From: Tubiluchus corallicola | Taxonomy: Eukaryota > Animalia > Priapulida | Length of the DNA: 64,000 nucleotides | Assembly: GCA_030141605.1 (NCBI GenBank) | Contig: JAQGDQ010000026.1 | Span: forward strand, 62,001 to 126,000 | Direction of reading: 5' to 3' | Shown: one piece after another, positions 1 through 12,248 of the stretch | Layout of the letters: every line of letters starts with the position of its first letter | How positions within the stretch are numbered: the first letter of the stretch is position 1 | Translations under genes and position numbers: made by a program | Notes under the pieces: model-generated | The model's database searches: none | What the model was told of the DNA's origin: nothing | Seen by the model: only the letters and a program-made list of their open reading frames with translations

Positions 1-192
1 ACTATATGACGTAAACTGTACAATAAAAATTGGTAAAAAAAGGTTAAAATAATGGTTTTATAGTATTGTTTGCAATATTTCAGTGTTATGTGTATTGCTG
101 TTGTTAGAATCTGGCTGAGTAACATACCTATTTAATGTACTGAATAAGTGGCTGAAAACTGACTTTTTTTTCATGGTAATTTCCGCTTGCAG

Positions 193-2934
193 AACTGTGA
201 TTATGTTATACTGAGTGGAGCCAGGAGAAAAGAACAGCGATGGGATCCAGCTGAAAATGAACAGATCGTGACAGAAGGCAAGTTTCATTACTAAAAGTGA
301 TAAAAATTTGGCATTTGTAGAAGTCAGTAAGTCTTGCTCTTGTATTGCTGCAGTTAACACATAACAAAATTTATTAACTTTCTCTAATCTTTTCACACAA
401 TTAATGGTATTGTTAGTTTAGTTTCATCTTTTCAATCAAATAATTCATATTTTAAACTGAAACAGTACTGAGTGAACTGTTGCTTAGTGTAAGCTTTTAA
501 ACTAAGCAAATTACTCTGAACATATGTAAAACAATTTGTTATTAAAGCAAAATTAATGATATAATTTTAACACCTTTTTTGTGCAACTTTTAATCATCCT
601 GTGTTACAGACAAGAATGATCAAAAGAAATTAACTATGGATGCTATGTTTAAACTGGAGCATGGAACAGACGACAAAGCAAAGTCCGCCAAATCGACATC
701 AGTTATTAGCCAACTTCAAGAAGCATCTGTAGATCGTTACAAAGATGATTACTTGGCTAACAAACTACTCAGGAGAACATTCAGGGTAGGATTTACCTTT
801 TAAGAATTCTGTTTAGTACATTTTTCAAAAAAGGTATCAGTAGCATGCTGTGTCTTGTTGTATACTGTTCCTCTACAACTTGCTCAATATGCGACACAAG
901 TGTCTTGTGTGCTGTATGCTATTTTCTTCAACTTGGTATTAACTCAGGGTTATACAAGATTTTGTTCTATTAACAAGTTGACCTCATCATAAATTGCACT
1001 CCGTAAGCCAGGCTTTCACAGGGTTCGCGACTTCACCGACTGTCCGAAAATTTCTAAGGGCAAGTCAGTCACAAATCATTCACACAAAATTTGCATGACA
1101 TGTTTGCATATCATGTAACGACTTCACCAACATTTATGCGACAAAGCAAATGTTGCACGACATTCGCGCTAGTGTATTGCGATCATTTCATGACATTTTC
1201 AAGAAGTTTTCACAGGAAGAAGTATGGAACAACCGAAGTTCGCCAGTATACCCCAAAATGGTCGAAAAATAGTCGCAACGTTCTCAAAAGTATTACAAAA
1301 TGTTCGCCAAGGTTTTGCAGATTTTGAAATTTTTGCTAATGTTTAGTGAAGTGGTTAGTTTGTGACTCCAGCGGCAAACTTAAAACATTTAAAAAAAATT
1401 TCCGAAGCCCGCGACAATGGCGAACACTCGCAAATGTCTCGCGACAGTTTGGCAAACTTTTGGCCATGTTTGGCGATTGTTGGACATAGAAATTTTTGGA
1501 TAGTTGCGGAAGTCGTGAACTCAATAAAAGCCCAGCTTTATTGGAAAAATGTCAAGTGAAGAAATGCAGCATTATAAAAATAGTTATATTACATACATAT
1601 TCGATTAGATTCGCACTCAGCTGCTCAGCAATAAGAGTATTTGGAATTTGTTGTGCTGTGCTTCATTATTCAAAACATTATGAAGTTGCAATTATTTTTT
1701 ATACTGTGTCATATTATTGATAGTATTTTGTATGAGCAGGAAAAAAAGAAACTAATTAAAGAAGCTCAAGCAGCAGATAGAGCACTTTTGACAAAATCTT
1801 CACTTGGCATTAAGCTTTTACCTGAAAGTGCAGATGACATCAAGCAGGCGGGGCTCCTAAAATATGGAACATCATCGTGTAAGTGAACAGCATTCATTTT
1901 TCATCTAATTACGGTTTTTTATTAATTACAAATCTACAAATCATTTTTGTGCATTTCATTTCTCTGAGTTCACTAATGATCTAGTATTGTCTGTGTACTT
2001 AAAACGGATACCTTAGTGTAATGACATGGTAAACTAAAATTACTAAACTCCACTTGAACACCATCAGTTATTTTTGTCACAGATTTTGTATTCAAAAAGT
2101 TGCCTTGCTTGATAACCACCTTCTATAAAATTGGGTGAGATTAGCACTTTTGTCAGGCTTGGGAACTAATGCTGTCCAGTCAAACATGAAAAGTTTCTTA
2201 ATGCCAATTTAATAGTATAAGCTCAAACAAATAAATAACTTGCAAATAACAATGTTTTTGAGTTGTCATCTTGCTTTAACCTGATCTCTAGCGACCAAAG
2301 AAAGTGTTGTGGTTATGTGACCATATTTATATAAACTGCAGCCCGTTAGTTCTTGTTATCCAGTATGAATTAACCGGAAATCAGAATTAATCGGATATGA
2401 GTTAAACAGATTTGAGTGATTGAACCAAATTGTATTTTTGGACAAAGTTTACTGTGAAAAGGTTTTACTATTTCCTCATGTATTATTTAAACAGTATGAA
2501 ACAATTTACGCATTGCTGTTGTAAAGAATGTGTTCTTGTTTTTAGCATTTGAGGAAAGACAAAAACAGACAAGAAAGCTGATTGAGGAGAGACCATATTT
2601 CTCACCATCACTTGCTTCAACAAAGTCAAAGGATATCAGCGATACAGCAGATAAAGTGAAGCAGTTACAGTACAGCAAAAAAGCCGAGCAGGCTCTAAAA
2701 GGCCTGAAAAATCTTTCAAAAGCAGATTTGGGGATTTCAGATACTGGTGTTGATTCATCAAAGAAGGAAACTTGCTCACAAGATCAGGAGCAGTTAAAAC
2801 GACATGGGAACCCAAGTAATGTAGAAGCCGTCGGTTCTAAACAAACAACATGTCACTCCAACAACAGCTTAAGCAATAGTTTAGTTTCTGCATGTTACGG
2901 TGACAGTGATAGTTCCAACAGTACTGATAGTTAA
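193..2934 (+). CDS. CCDC130: CCDC130/YJU2B (CWC16/Yju2 family splicing factor), 3' part; the 5' exons lie before the window. Exons 193-277, 610-785, 1740-1878, 2546-2934
   Basis: The spliced translation NCDYVILSGARRKEQRWDPAENEQIVTE-DKNDQKKLTMDAMFKLEHGTDDKAK...KDDYLANKLLRRTFR-EKKKLIKEAQAADRALLTKSSLGIKLLPESADDIKQAGLLKY...FEERQKQTRKLIEERPYF matches CCDC130 motifs (human NCDYVIVSGAQRKEERWD...DAMFRLEHG). Exon phases are consistent (1,0,1) and all acceptors are AG. The first donor is GC (278-279), the others GT. Stop TAA ends at 2934. Confidence 0.92.
1005..1539. mobile_element. Non-autonomous DNA transposon (MITE), possibly PIF/Harbinger-like, in a CCDC130 intron
   Basis: Imperfect terminal inverted repeats of about 50 bp: left aagccaggctttcacagggttcgcgacttcaccgactgtccgaaaatttcta; reverse complement of the right end aagctgggcttttattgagttcacgacttccgcaactatccaaaaatttcta. 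TAA/TTA lie at the ends, and the interior is CpG-rich unlike the flanking intron. Confidence 0.7.
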
Positions 2935-2956
2935 TCATATTTTTCCTGTGTGAGTA

Positions 2957-3877
2957 CAGTGGAATCCTGGCAAAATGATTTTCAGGCAATCAAAATATTT
3001 TTTGAATTAAGTGTCTTTTGTTCTATCCAGTACATGCATTTTTACTAAGTCATATGCTACCTTTAATGTAAAATAGCAATAATTAATTGACGTCAGTATT
3101 CTATTGATCAGTGAACATATTGGTAATTATGTAACACCGGCGCTATTTTTGTTAGCCAACCAAGTTATCAGCATTGACTACCTTATTGATGGCGGCTGTT
3201 CTGAGACTGTGGTGAATTAAGCTGGCCACTGTGTTACATGTAGGATTGATAGCTGCTTAGCAGGTACTGCATAAATTGAACATCTAGAAACAACAACATT
3301 ATAAACTAAAGTGCAATAATTGCCAGGGCTAAACCAGAGTGTTTTATATGTATTAGAAATAACACTGGTGATTTAAGGTTAGTTCGATGCCTAGAGAGAC
3401 AGAAAGAGAAAGAGAGCTAGAGAGAGAGAGAAAGAGAGACAGCTAAATATAATATATATATATATAATATATATGTTGTAATTACAATTAACTCCCCATC
3501 ATTCCATCATTTATCTTACTATTTTTAATTTCAACTACTCTGTTTCTTAAGTGATTAATTATAATGCCCAATTAATTAATTATTAACACTTCAACTACAA
3601 ACGGGTTAATTAAAACAAGTCATTAATCAACAATCATCAGACTGAGAATCGTAGTACATATATTTGTCTATGTTAAATTATACTGACGTACAAGGTGGGG
3701 ATTCTTTCGAGTACAGGGAAACATCATACTGGTTGAGGTTTCCTAATAACAACTTTGTAGTAACGTAACCTTAAATGATTACGTAGGTATTATTATAACT
3801 TTGGCAGGGGCATATGAAAATTAGCCTACTTTTGAGAGTTTCGTTATAAGCCAAATCGTATTACCAGGATTCGACTG
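2957..3877. mobile_element. Non-autonomous Tc1/mariner (pogo/Tigger-like) element in the CCDC130 3' UTR
   Basis: TIRs cagtggaatcctggcaaaatgattt (from 2957) and cagtcgaatcctggtaatacgattt (reverse complement ending at 3877). Flanked by TA at 2955-2956 and 3878-3879. No transposase ORF. Confidence 0.8.
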
Positions 3878-4394
3878 TATTAAATCGATCGAAAATGCAA
3901 ATTGTAAATGTTGTAAATAAAGATTAATGATTATTTCTACAAGTAAATAAAACTTGATTAAAGTTGCAACCTACAACCCTACTTTCTGCTCTTGTATCAG
4001 CCAATAAGTGACAAGTTTAGAAGATTTGGATATCTAGTGCAACACAACCTTTAGATTTGACTTCAAATTTGCAATTTATTTTCAAAAAGATGAACTTTTT
4101 CAAATGCTTGGCCACAGGAAATTGGGTGCGAAAATACCTCAACCATATTTATTTAGTTATATCATTTTTGCCATGAAGCAACCAGTACCTGTCCTTTTCC
4201 ATGTTTAAGTGATTATCTGTGTTCTATAAACAGGTGTCATTTGACTTCTTGTGCATCACTTACTTCTATTGTAATATTGATAACAACACAGTGGAGTGTG
4301 CTTTACTGTAGTGCTGGTGTTCCCATAGTATTGACTTTCTTTATTATTTGACATAACCTAAAATGAGAAAGTCATCAATTGCAAAATATTTTTA

Positions 4395-4531
4395 CAGTGC
4401 GACCTAAAAATGTTCACAGGTTCAGACATGACAACGAAAGCAGTACAAAAGCGATTTCCGGAAATTTATGAGCAGAGTGCAATTGCACGTCATGTCTGTG
4501 TTTACGTGACCATGAACATTTCGGGTGGCTG
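4395..4531. mobile_element. Small palindromic MITE-like element
   Basis: The left arm cagtgcgacctaaaaatgttcacaggttcagacatgac pairs with the right arm gtcatgtctg...catgaacatttcgggtggctg. Confidence 0.5.
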
Positions 4532-5913
4532 AGGGTTAACAAGTAATGCAGTTTCAGTCCACCAGTTATCCAGACAAAAATTGCTCAAGCTAGTGTTTAA
4601 ATAAGGAAAGAAGTAGTAAGTAACTTAAGTTCCTTTGCCAAGTGTGCTTTGTGCCTTTATTTATAAATTTTCTTCAGTTCTTTACCAATAATTAGAATCA
4701 CACCTAAGGCAGTAATGGGAAAAAATTGGGACTGTTGAAATTTCAGATTCCAAATTGGCAAGAAACAAAAGCTGAAAACCAGTCTTGATGAACATTAGCT
4801 TACTTACTGCCAAGCTACACAGCCATGACAATTAGTACAATATATATTGTAATTTGTGTTTGGTATGTGCGTAATATACATTGCAAAACAAAAAAAAATT
4901 ACAGTGAATTGCTAATTGAAACAGATATAAAGAAGGAACTCGGATTTGCATTATAAGGGCTAATCACCATGTAGTGTACTATCCTAGGTAAGTACATGTT
5001 ATAAAAGTTTTAACAGCATTTCACCATTTCCTTTGGTAACATCATGTGCAATTACACTACATACTTGTATAATTACAGTACATAGTTGTGCCAAACAAAC
5101 AAAAAATAAAAGCAAGACTTAAAAATACCAGCTGTCAATCTGCAGGTGCCTATTTTAAATGTTCAATTTAAATTATCATGCAGCGTTTGTGCAATTAGCA
5201 CTAAAATGCAAATGTGAGAGCAAATGTTTTTATATCATCACAAAAGTCCAGATTATTGTTAAGTTCAGTATTTGCTTTAATTTTGTTCAACATGCAACAA
5301 ATTTCTTGTTTGTCTGCTTTTTATGAAATACTTCAGACTGCGGCAACTGACCGACATTAACCACAAATCTACACAAAAATACAAAACATACTTCAACATA
5401 AAATTAATATTACTAGGAGGTGACTATGCAGATAACTGATAACTGACAACCATTGACACTCACAGGATAAGTGATTTGTCACATTTACATTACAAGCATT
5501 TGTGAAGCTTTTTCAACATTTGCATAATATACACTTGATCTGTGCTCTCTTCTGCAAAACTTCAACGTTTCTGAACAACAGTCCTCAGATTACCTAACTG
5601 GACCAGTGAAAGTCAAAACTGAGAATGTCTTGCAATATAGTTTACGGGTTAAGGATGAAGAACTGATAACTGAACTATTAAATTGATAATACAAAATTTA
5701 TGATGATATTTGACATCACTGACGACATCATTTTGACACATTATTTGCAACCAAATCATACATCCTCAAAAATAGACCTTGTCTATTCATAAACTACAAA
5801 CAGCTAAGACTTCGCTACCCACAAAAAATGTTTGCAAAAAAGCACAAAACTACTCGTATACATTGCAAATAATGAAACAACACAGGAACAGAGTTCAAGC
5901 ATGCTTAAATGTG

Positions 5914-8307
5914 TTATGCCATTACAATATCTTCTATGTCAAAGTCGCCATCACTATCCCAGCTTGCTGATGCAGTGGCCTTATTAGAGTTCATTTTTTC
6001 ATTGGAATTTTCCCCAACTGCCGATCCTTTTGACGAGCCCCATATACTAGTGCCATAGGACTTTGTGTCTTCTTGATCTCCACTACTAGATCTGCGTGGT
6101 TTTACTGGCGGTGCAACTATTCTTGGCTTTGGTTGCGGACTCTTTGCTTTTGGACTTTCTAAAGAAGAAAAAGAAAAATCAGATTCTTCAGAAGCAGCTT
6201 GCGTAAACTCTTGCACAGTGTTCCGAGGAGCAACAGCTGGTTTTTTAACTGTAGTGGTATCTTCTTTAATGCGCTTTTCAATAGATTTCGTAAGTTCCGC
6301 TACAACTCCATTTGATGCCACTTGAGACCCCACAGACGAGACGGTAACTTGTTGATTTTGAGCTGTGCTTTCACCATCAGAATCATCCCAACTTTCACTT
6401 TCACTCTCAGATTTCTGCAATGACTTTTTTGGCTGACCTTCCAAATCGCTTTCACTGCTAAACTGACTAGTGAAACTGTAAGAACCTGTACCCGACAAAA
6501 CTGACATGGCCAGGGGACCGGAAATTTCTGATTCTTTTCCTCTAAAAAACTGTTGGTGCTGCTTCTTTCTTTCAATGACTTTACTTCGCAGCTTTGGGCT
6601 ATGCAATAACGAAGAAGACGGTTTGTTTGAACGAATCAAATGTGAACCCAAACTTGTCTTTTTCTTGTCTCCTTTGGTACCTTTTTTCACTCGATGTTCT
6701 ACCTCTTTCGTATACCGATCTCTGACTGAATCAAACTCTTCATACTTTTTAGAAAGCTTATGCCGGTCTTGATTTAAGTTTGACTTTTTCTGATTGTACA
6801 GCCTGTCATTAATACCTTTAGTACTAGGTTTAATACCCTTGCTCATTAGAGTCTCTTCCAGGAGTGACTTTAATTCATCTTTCATTGCTGGTAAAAAATT
6901 TGGCGTTTCCTTCATGGCAATTAGAATTTTCTCACGCTGATTATGATCTTGCTTAAATCTTGTACTTGATGACATGTTCTGAGATTCACCTTCAGATAAT
7001 GAGCTATCTGTTTCATTCACATTTTTCTTAGGATCTACTGGGTTTGAAACAGGCTGAGGGTGACTTTTTAATTCCTCAATTTCTCTTTGTTGCTTCTCCA
7101 TTATTTGTTTTTGCTGTTTTGTGAACTTTAACAACTTTTGCACTTGTTTTGCATTTTGATCACTTTTGTCGACATGTAAACCACGTTCAGCCTGCAGTTC
7201 ATCTTGCTGTTCTGCAAACAGTGCTCTCAGGTGACCAGTTTCTTTTAAATATTGCGCATGTTGTCGCATCAAAGATTTATACTTTTTATCTTGTTCCAAA
7301 ATAGTCCTTGTCATCTGTTCTTGAATGTTCTTTACTTCATTCTGCAACTGCATGCGCACTGTTTCAATTTCCTCTTTGTGCTTTCTCTGGAGTTCTTCTT
7401 CCGTGTCTTGTAAGTTACCCAAGTGTGACTGCTGTCCTTTATATCGCAGCTGCAGCTGATGCAGCATTTGTTGCGAGGCTTGATATTTCTCTTGCATTTC
7501 CTTCATCTCTTTTAGAAGCATCTCTTTCACACGTTCCACCTCTTGTCTGTTATTCTGTTTTTGCTCTTCTTTCCATTGTTCCATTTGCTCTGTTGTTGTG
7601 TGGTCTTCGTGTTCAGTTTTCCTGGCCCTTTCTTGTTCTAGTTCTTGCTGGGTAGTTATTAGTTTCTTTTTCAAGTACTGCATATCTGTTTGTAACTTGC
7701 TAACATCAGTATTTTGCTGTAAACCAATGAGATCACCATGTCGCCGATGAATGTGTGATTGTAAATAAGAAACTGTAAAAAAGGTTTTCTCACAAAACAT
7801 ACACTTTTGATATGTCTCATTAATATTTTGTTTGCTTGTTAAAAGTTGCTGCTGGTCTGCAAGCATCTTCTTTTTTCGCTTGTTCTCCTTTTTTAGTGCC
7901 TTTATTTCATCCATCTGTTGTTCAATCTGCTTCTGAGCACTTTCACAAATCTCTGACAACTGTAATAACTTCTGTTTAAGAGATTCAGTACAACTGTATA
8001 AATACTCTTGTGAATGAAGAAGATACTCAATTATTAATTGAGCCAGCTTGAAAACTTTAACAAAGTTTGGATCAATGCTTCTAAAATCTAATTCTTGCTC
8101 TATGTTGCAATAAGTAACATTTGATATGTTTTCCTGTAATGCACTGAAATCCACATCTTTAGCAATTCTGTCAATATCCACACAGGCCATCTTCCTCCAA
8201 TCAATTCTTTCCATTCTCTTCTGAAATTTAAAGCCTGTACCACCAAAACTAGGTGTATTGGAATTTAGAATTTCGCCAGTTGATAATGAATACTGTCCCC
8301 ACACCAT
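5914..8307 (-). CDS. DZIP1: DZIP1/DZIP1L (Iguana) zinc-finger coiled-coil ciliary basal-body protein, 797 aa, single coding exon
   Basis: Dzip-like N domain (FKFQKRMERIDWRKMACVDIDRIAKDVDFSALQENISNVTYCNIE...FVKVFKLAQLIIEYLLHSQEYL), a C2H2 finger (CMFCEKTFFTVSYLQSHIHRRH), long coiled coils and a Ser-rich tail. A splice acceptor (ttttttag-type) lies at 8366-8365, upstream of the ATG. Confidence 0.93.
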   Translation of the reverse strand: MVWGQYSLSTGEILNSNTPSFGGTGFKFQKRMERIDWRKMACVDIDRIAKDVDFSALQENISNVTYCNIEQELDFRSIDPNFVKVFKLAQLIIEYLLHSQEYLYSCTESLKQKLLQLSEICESAQKQIEQQMDEIKALKKENKRKKKMLADQQQLLTSKQNINETYQKCMFCEKTFFTVSYLQSHIHRRHGDLIGLQQNTDVSKLQTDMQYLKKKLITTQQELEQERARKTEHEDHTTTEQMEQWKEEQKQNNRQEVERVKEMLLKEMKEMQEKYQASQQMLHQLQLRYKGQQSHLGNLQDTEEELQRKHKEEIETVRMQLQNEVKNIQEQMTRTILEQDKKYKSLMRQHAQYLKETGHLRALFAEQQDELQAERGLHVDKSDQNAKQVQKLLKFTKQQKQIMEKQQREIEELKSHPQPVSNPVDPKKNVNETDSSLSEGESQNMSSSTRFKQDHNQREKILIAMKETPNFLPAMKDELKSLLEETLMSKGIKPSTKGINDRLYNQKKSNLNQDRHKLSKKYEEFDSVRDRYTKEVEHRVKKGTKGDKKKTSLGSHLIRSNKPSSSLLHSPKLRSKVIERKKQHQQFFRGKESEISGPLAMSVLSGTGSYSFTSQFSSESDLEGQPKKSLQKSESESESWDDSDGESTAQNQQVTVSSVGSQVASNGVVAELTKSIEKRIKEDTTTVKKPAVAPRNTVQEFTQAASEESDFSFSSLESPKAKSPQPKPRIVAPPVKPRRSSSGDQEDTKSYGTSIWGSSKGSAVGENSNEKMNSNKATASASWDSDGDFDIEDIVMA

Positions 8308-9092
8308 TCTAATAAGAGACTTAAGAAACTCCTGCTAGTAGCACTGGTACTCAGGTTGAGCCATCTAAAAACACAATTTATAGAAATTATTCACTATAAA
8401 TATAGAACAAATGAAAGTGAACATGCTCTAACCCTATCCAGAATACAAAACACTACACGAGTGAATGTTGTTGCTGCAATTGGTATAATTTCATTGGCAA
8501 CCAATAATGTGCAAGTGATTGTTTGCCAATGAAATTAAACCAACTGCAGCGGGACTTTAAAGTTTCCATCTGCCAAAATTTTGCTATAAATCCTAATTTA
8601 TATGCAGCTTCATTCTTTAAAGGGGCAGTACACCATAAAATCAAGTTTAGTTTAAAAGCTATCTTGTGCTCTTGTAAACAGGGCCACAATATTGTTTTGT
8701 CGTTGAAAATTAGGATTTAGTGAATACAGCTGCTTAAAGCACAAATTAGTTTTAGTTATGATGTTATTGGTATCAAAAGTGGGTTGTACTAACATAGTTT
8801 TATGCAATTTCTGTCAAAATCAAACAAAATATCCAGTTAAGTATGTTAACTATAATAAGTAAACATTTAGATTAAAAAAAGAAGTGTATATCAATACGCT
8901 CCACTAACTATAACAATTTTTACATAATGACTTGTTTAATGAGTCGGTAGTAAGAAGCAACTTCACCGGCAGTTAACAGATTTTTTTTACTCAATAGTGT
9001 AATTAACAATCAAAGAGAAGGATAATTCAAAAAATTTGCAAAAATTTTCACAGAATTTTCATTTCAAAGCTAATAGTAATAATAATAGTAAT

Positions 9093-9215
9093 GGTAATTT
9101 ATTTTCCTCCATATACAATAATTTGACAATAAAATACACAAAAATACAAACGAACATAGGAGAAAGGGTGGCAAAAAACCAAAGGTTATCGAGTCAACCA
9201 CCCTTCTCAAAGGAC
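9093..9215 (-). mobile_element. Probable LINE (L2/CR1-type) 3' end with a stem-loop
   Basis: Stem aagggtgg...ccaccctt (about 9164-9205) next to tttatt and an (AAT)n-like tail, the layout of a reversed LINE 3' terminus. Confidence 0.35.
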
Positions 9216-11177
9216 AGTAAACAAAAGGACGTTAACAACAGTAGACAGAGCTATATTAAAAAATACATAAACGTGCAGAAATACAAAAACAAAAATCAAA
9301 AACCAAAAACCATGAACCGCTAGATTTCAAGTTATGGCTTGCATCTAAAACTGTTCATCATAACAACTGTAGAACATTAATTTCTACACAAAATTTCGCA
9401 AAAGTATTCAGATCACTTTAAGTTTGTACATTTGACAGCTATTCAAACGCACTAAGGCATTATGAAATTTGTAGTGAAATTGCAACGTTTGCCGCTGGTG
9501 AGTCTGCCCTGCACTGGCAGCAGGTAATTATAGCAACCGGCCATTGCGCTGTTGAATTAACACCTGACATATAGTAGTGGCCATCAGTATTGTTTTATGA
9601 ATACTAGTTTACTTCCAAGAGATTTTGCAAAACTTGAAAGTTTGATAGTGTATATACAATACTGCTAACAAGTGAAACATAGAGAAATTATCCACTGTAA
9701 ACACATAACTGATTACTGCCCAAATGATAAATCCAACTGTGAAATTACACCAAATTTTAAAAAATACCCCAAAACACTGTTAACATTTTTTCACTTTTCT
9801 TCCACTTAAAAACATTTTGTACATTCAGAAGCAAGACAACATCACTCTGTTCAAAGCACAGCTCACTTGCACTTGCAGTGCTTGCTGCTGTCAGATTCTG
9901 TGAACACACACCCAGATGACAATAAAAGTTAATTTGGAGTGCTAATAATAGCTTGAGCTAATGAGCAAATGTATGTGCCAGTCTGGAAGGAGCTAAGAGA
10001 TGCTGCGCTGTTATTACCAAAAATGCAAGTCAGCAAATTTGACACCAGTGACGCCATACTTTGGTGAGTGGCAACTAAGGTTCTTAAAAATTTGGTCACA
10101 AAAAAACCATCTCCAAAAACCTCAAAAATGTGTGAAATGTATTGGGACTGGGAAGGGTCTCCAAAAATAGACACAAGTGCTTGCACTTTTGTAAGTTTTA
10201 GTCTTGTATGGCTTTTTAGAATGTAAAATCAAGAAATTGATACTACTTCATGATTTAAATTTCTTAATTTTTGTTTCTGAAAAAGACTTCACAATACGCC
10301 TATAACACAGAAAATGCATCAGTTTGCAGGACTAACCCCAATCTCCTTAGCTAATTCTTGACTCCTGATTCCGATTCATAAGGTGATTCAGATGATTCAC
10401 AGTGGCTATACTAATATTTCTATCAAGCTCCTGTATATCCACATCATAAAGCAGCAAGCCAAAAAGCAAACAGTGACCCCATAATTTCTCTAAATTTTGT
10501 CATTTGTCTGATCCAAGCATTGACTCTGACTAGTGTGCTCGTGTTTACTGAACACAAATCTTCTTCGTTCACTGCATGATTTTCAAATATTTTTAGCTAC
10601 TTCACATTTCAACAGATTCTCCATCGTATCACACTCCACACACAGTGGTCACGTCAAATCATCCTTACACTTATTTCCGTAATTACACGTAAGGAGATGG
10701 CAACACTTCAACTAGATTCTTTCCAGACTGGCAGGGAATGTTCACCCCTACCCTGGTTGTATGCCAGATGTGTCATCTATGTTTAATAAACCAAGACCGT
10801 TGACTTTGTTTTAAACTTTAACTTAACTTTAATATAATAGTTTAAAGACTAAAGAAGTTTAAGAATGACATGGTACTGAATTATTGGCAAAGGCAAGAAT
10901 TGGAACATTAGAAGTCATCTTGTATTCTACTTCTAGTGTAAATTAGAAAATAAAAAATATCTGTCTGTCTCTGTTTTTTGTAATTCAAGAAAAAGGTGCA
11001 AATTACTTGAAGACTAGAATATACGAACTTTGGTTTTTGAGTTTTGCCTTTTCAGTGATTCTGGCAATCGCAAAAATCTTTAAATAATTCTTTGCTACAA
11101 ATACGTCATTGAAGTTGCTTTTCTTGGCGCCAACGACAAAATAAGAATACTGAGTTGACACTTTCTTATTGCTTACA

Positions 11178-11280
11178 AATAATAATAGCAATAATAATAG
11201 TAATAACAGCAGTAATAATAACAACAACGACAACAGTAATATTAATAACAACAACAACTACAACAACAATAATAATAATA
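11178..11280. repeat. (AAT/AAC)n microsatellite
   Basis: Visible trinucleotide array; it explains the poly-Leu ORF 11003-11257. Confidence 0.9.
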
Positions 11281-12248
11281 GGGCTGACTAGTGAGTAGTG
11301 ACCGATAGGTCTCTACTTTTGCACAAACTGCTTTTCCCTTTTAAATAAATTGGTAGGCCTAACATTGGCCAGTCCTAAATCTGCAATGTTACCCTTCTAT
11401 ATTCGAATTTGAGTCGAGCCTAAAATTATAAATTCGATAATTTAGCACTTCAATGCATTGCGTTATTTATCAATGAAAGATTTGAAATGATGCGATCAGC
11501 AAAATTTAGCTTCTGAAATTTTTTAAACAAGTTATTTGTATTTTTACAGCAGAAGAAAAGCAAAGAATATCAGAAGAATGTAGATGTTCTTGACAAACTG
11601 CTCGAACTCGTTTGTAAAATTATTGTTAAAACTTTATTTTTAAAACTTTATTTTAATTCCAAGTAGCCTCATGACGGTATAGAAAAAATCATAACAGCGA
11701 TATGTTATCCCTGTTTCGTATCAAAACTGGAACTCCCTAGCTAACCTGTTTAGGTATAGAAAAAATAGAGAGAAGCCAGCCGTGACGTTACATCCATACT
11801 TTTAAAGTATAAATTATTGGCCTACTACAGTAAATATTTTTAACAGTAGATTTAGATTTATTTATTCATCCATTTCGCACAACACAAAAATAAAAGTTAT
11901 AAAATTACAAATATACAGTGCACTATAGTGTTATGAGTGCAGCAGAAGAAATTGACTTATGAGCTAAGCTCAACATGGGAGCGAAGCAAACAGATGCAAG
12001 AAAATGATAATGACGATGTTGTTGATGATGATGATGATGATGATGGCAATGATAATGAATTGATGCTAATGGTGATAATGCGCCAGGGTTCGATGATATA
12101 AACCAAGTTAGCCATTTTTGCAGTGTTACGAAAATTGTGTTAAAATATTGAGCTATATAAAAATATAAAGATGTGTTATTTTCAATTACAGAACCTGACT
12201 AATTTGGCCAATGCGACTCAAGAATTGATTTTTTAAACTTACGTTTGA

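Noticed and set aside
6300-7655. Overlapping or antisense ORFs inside DZIP1
   Set aside because: They are shadow frames of the real CDS with no recognisable motifs.
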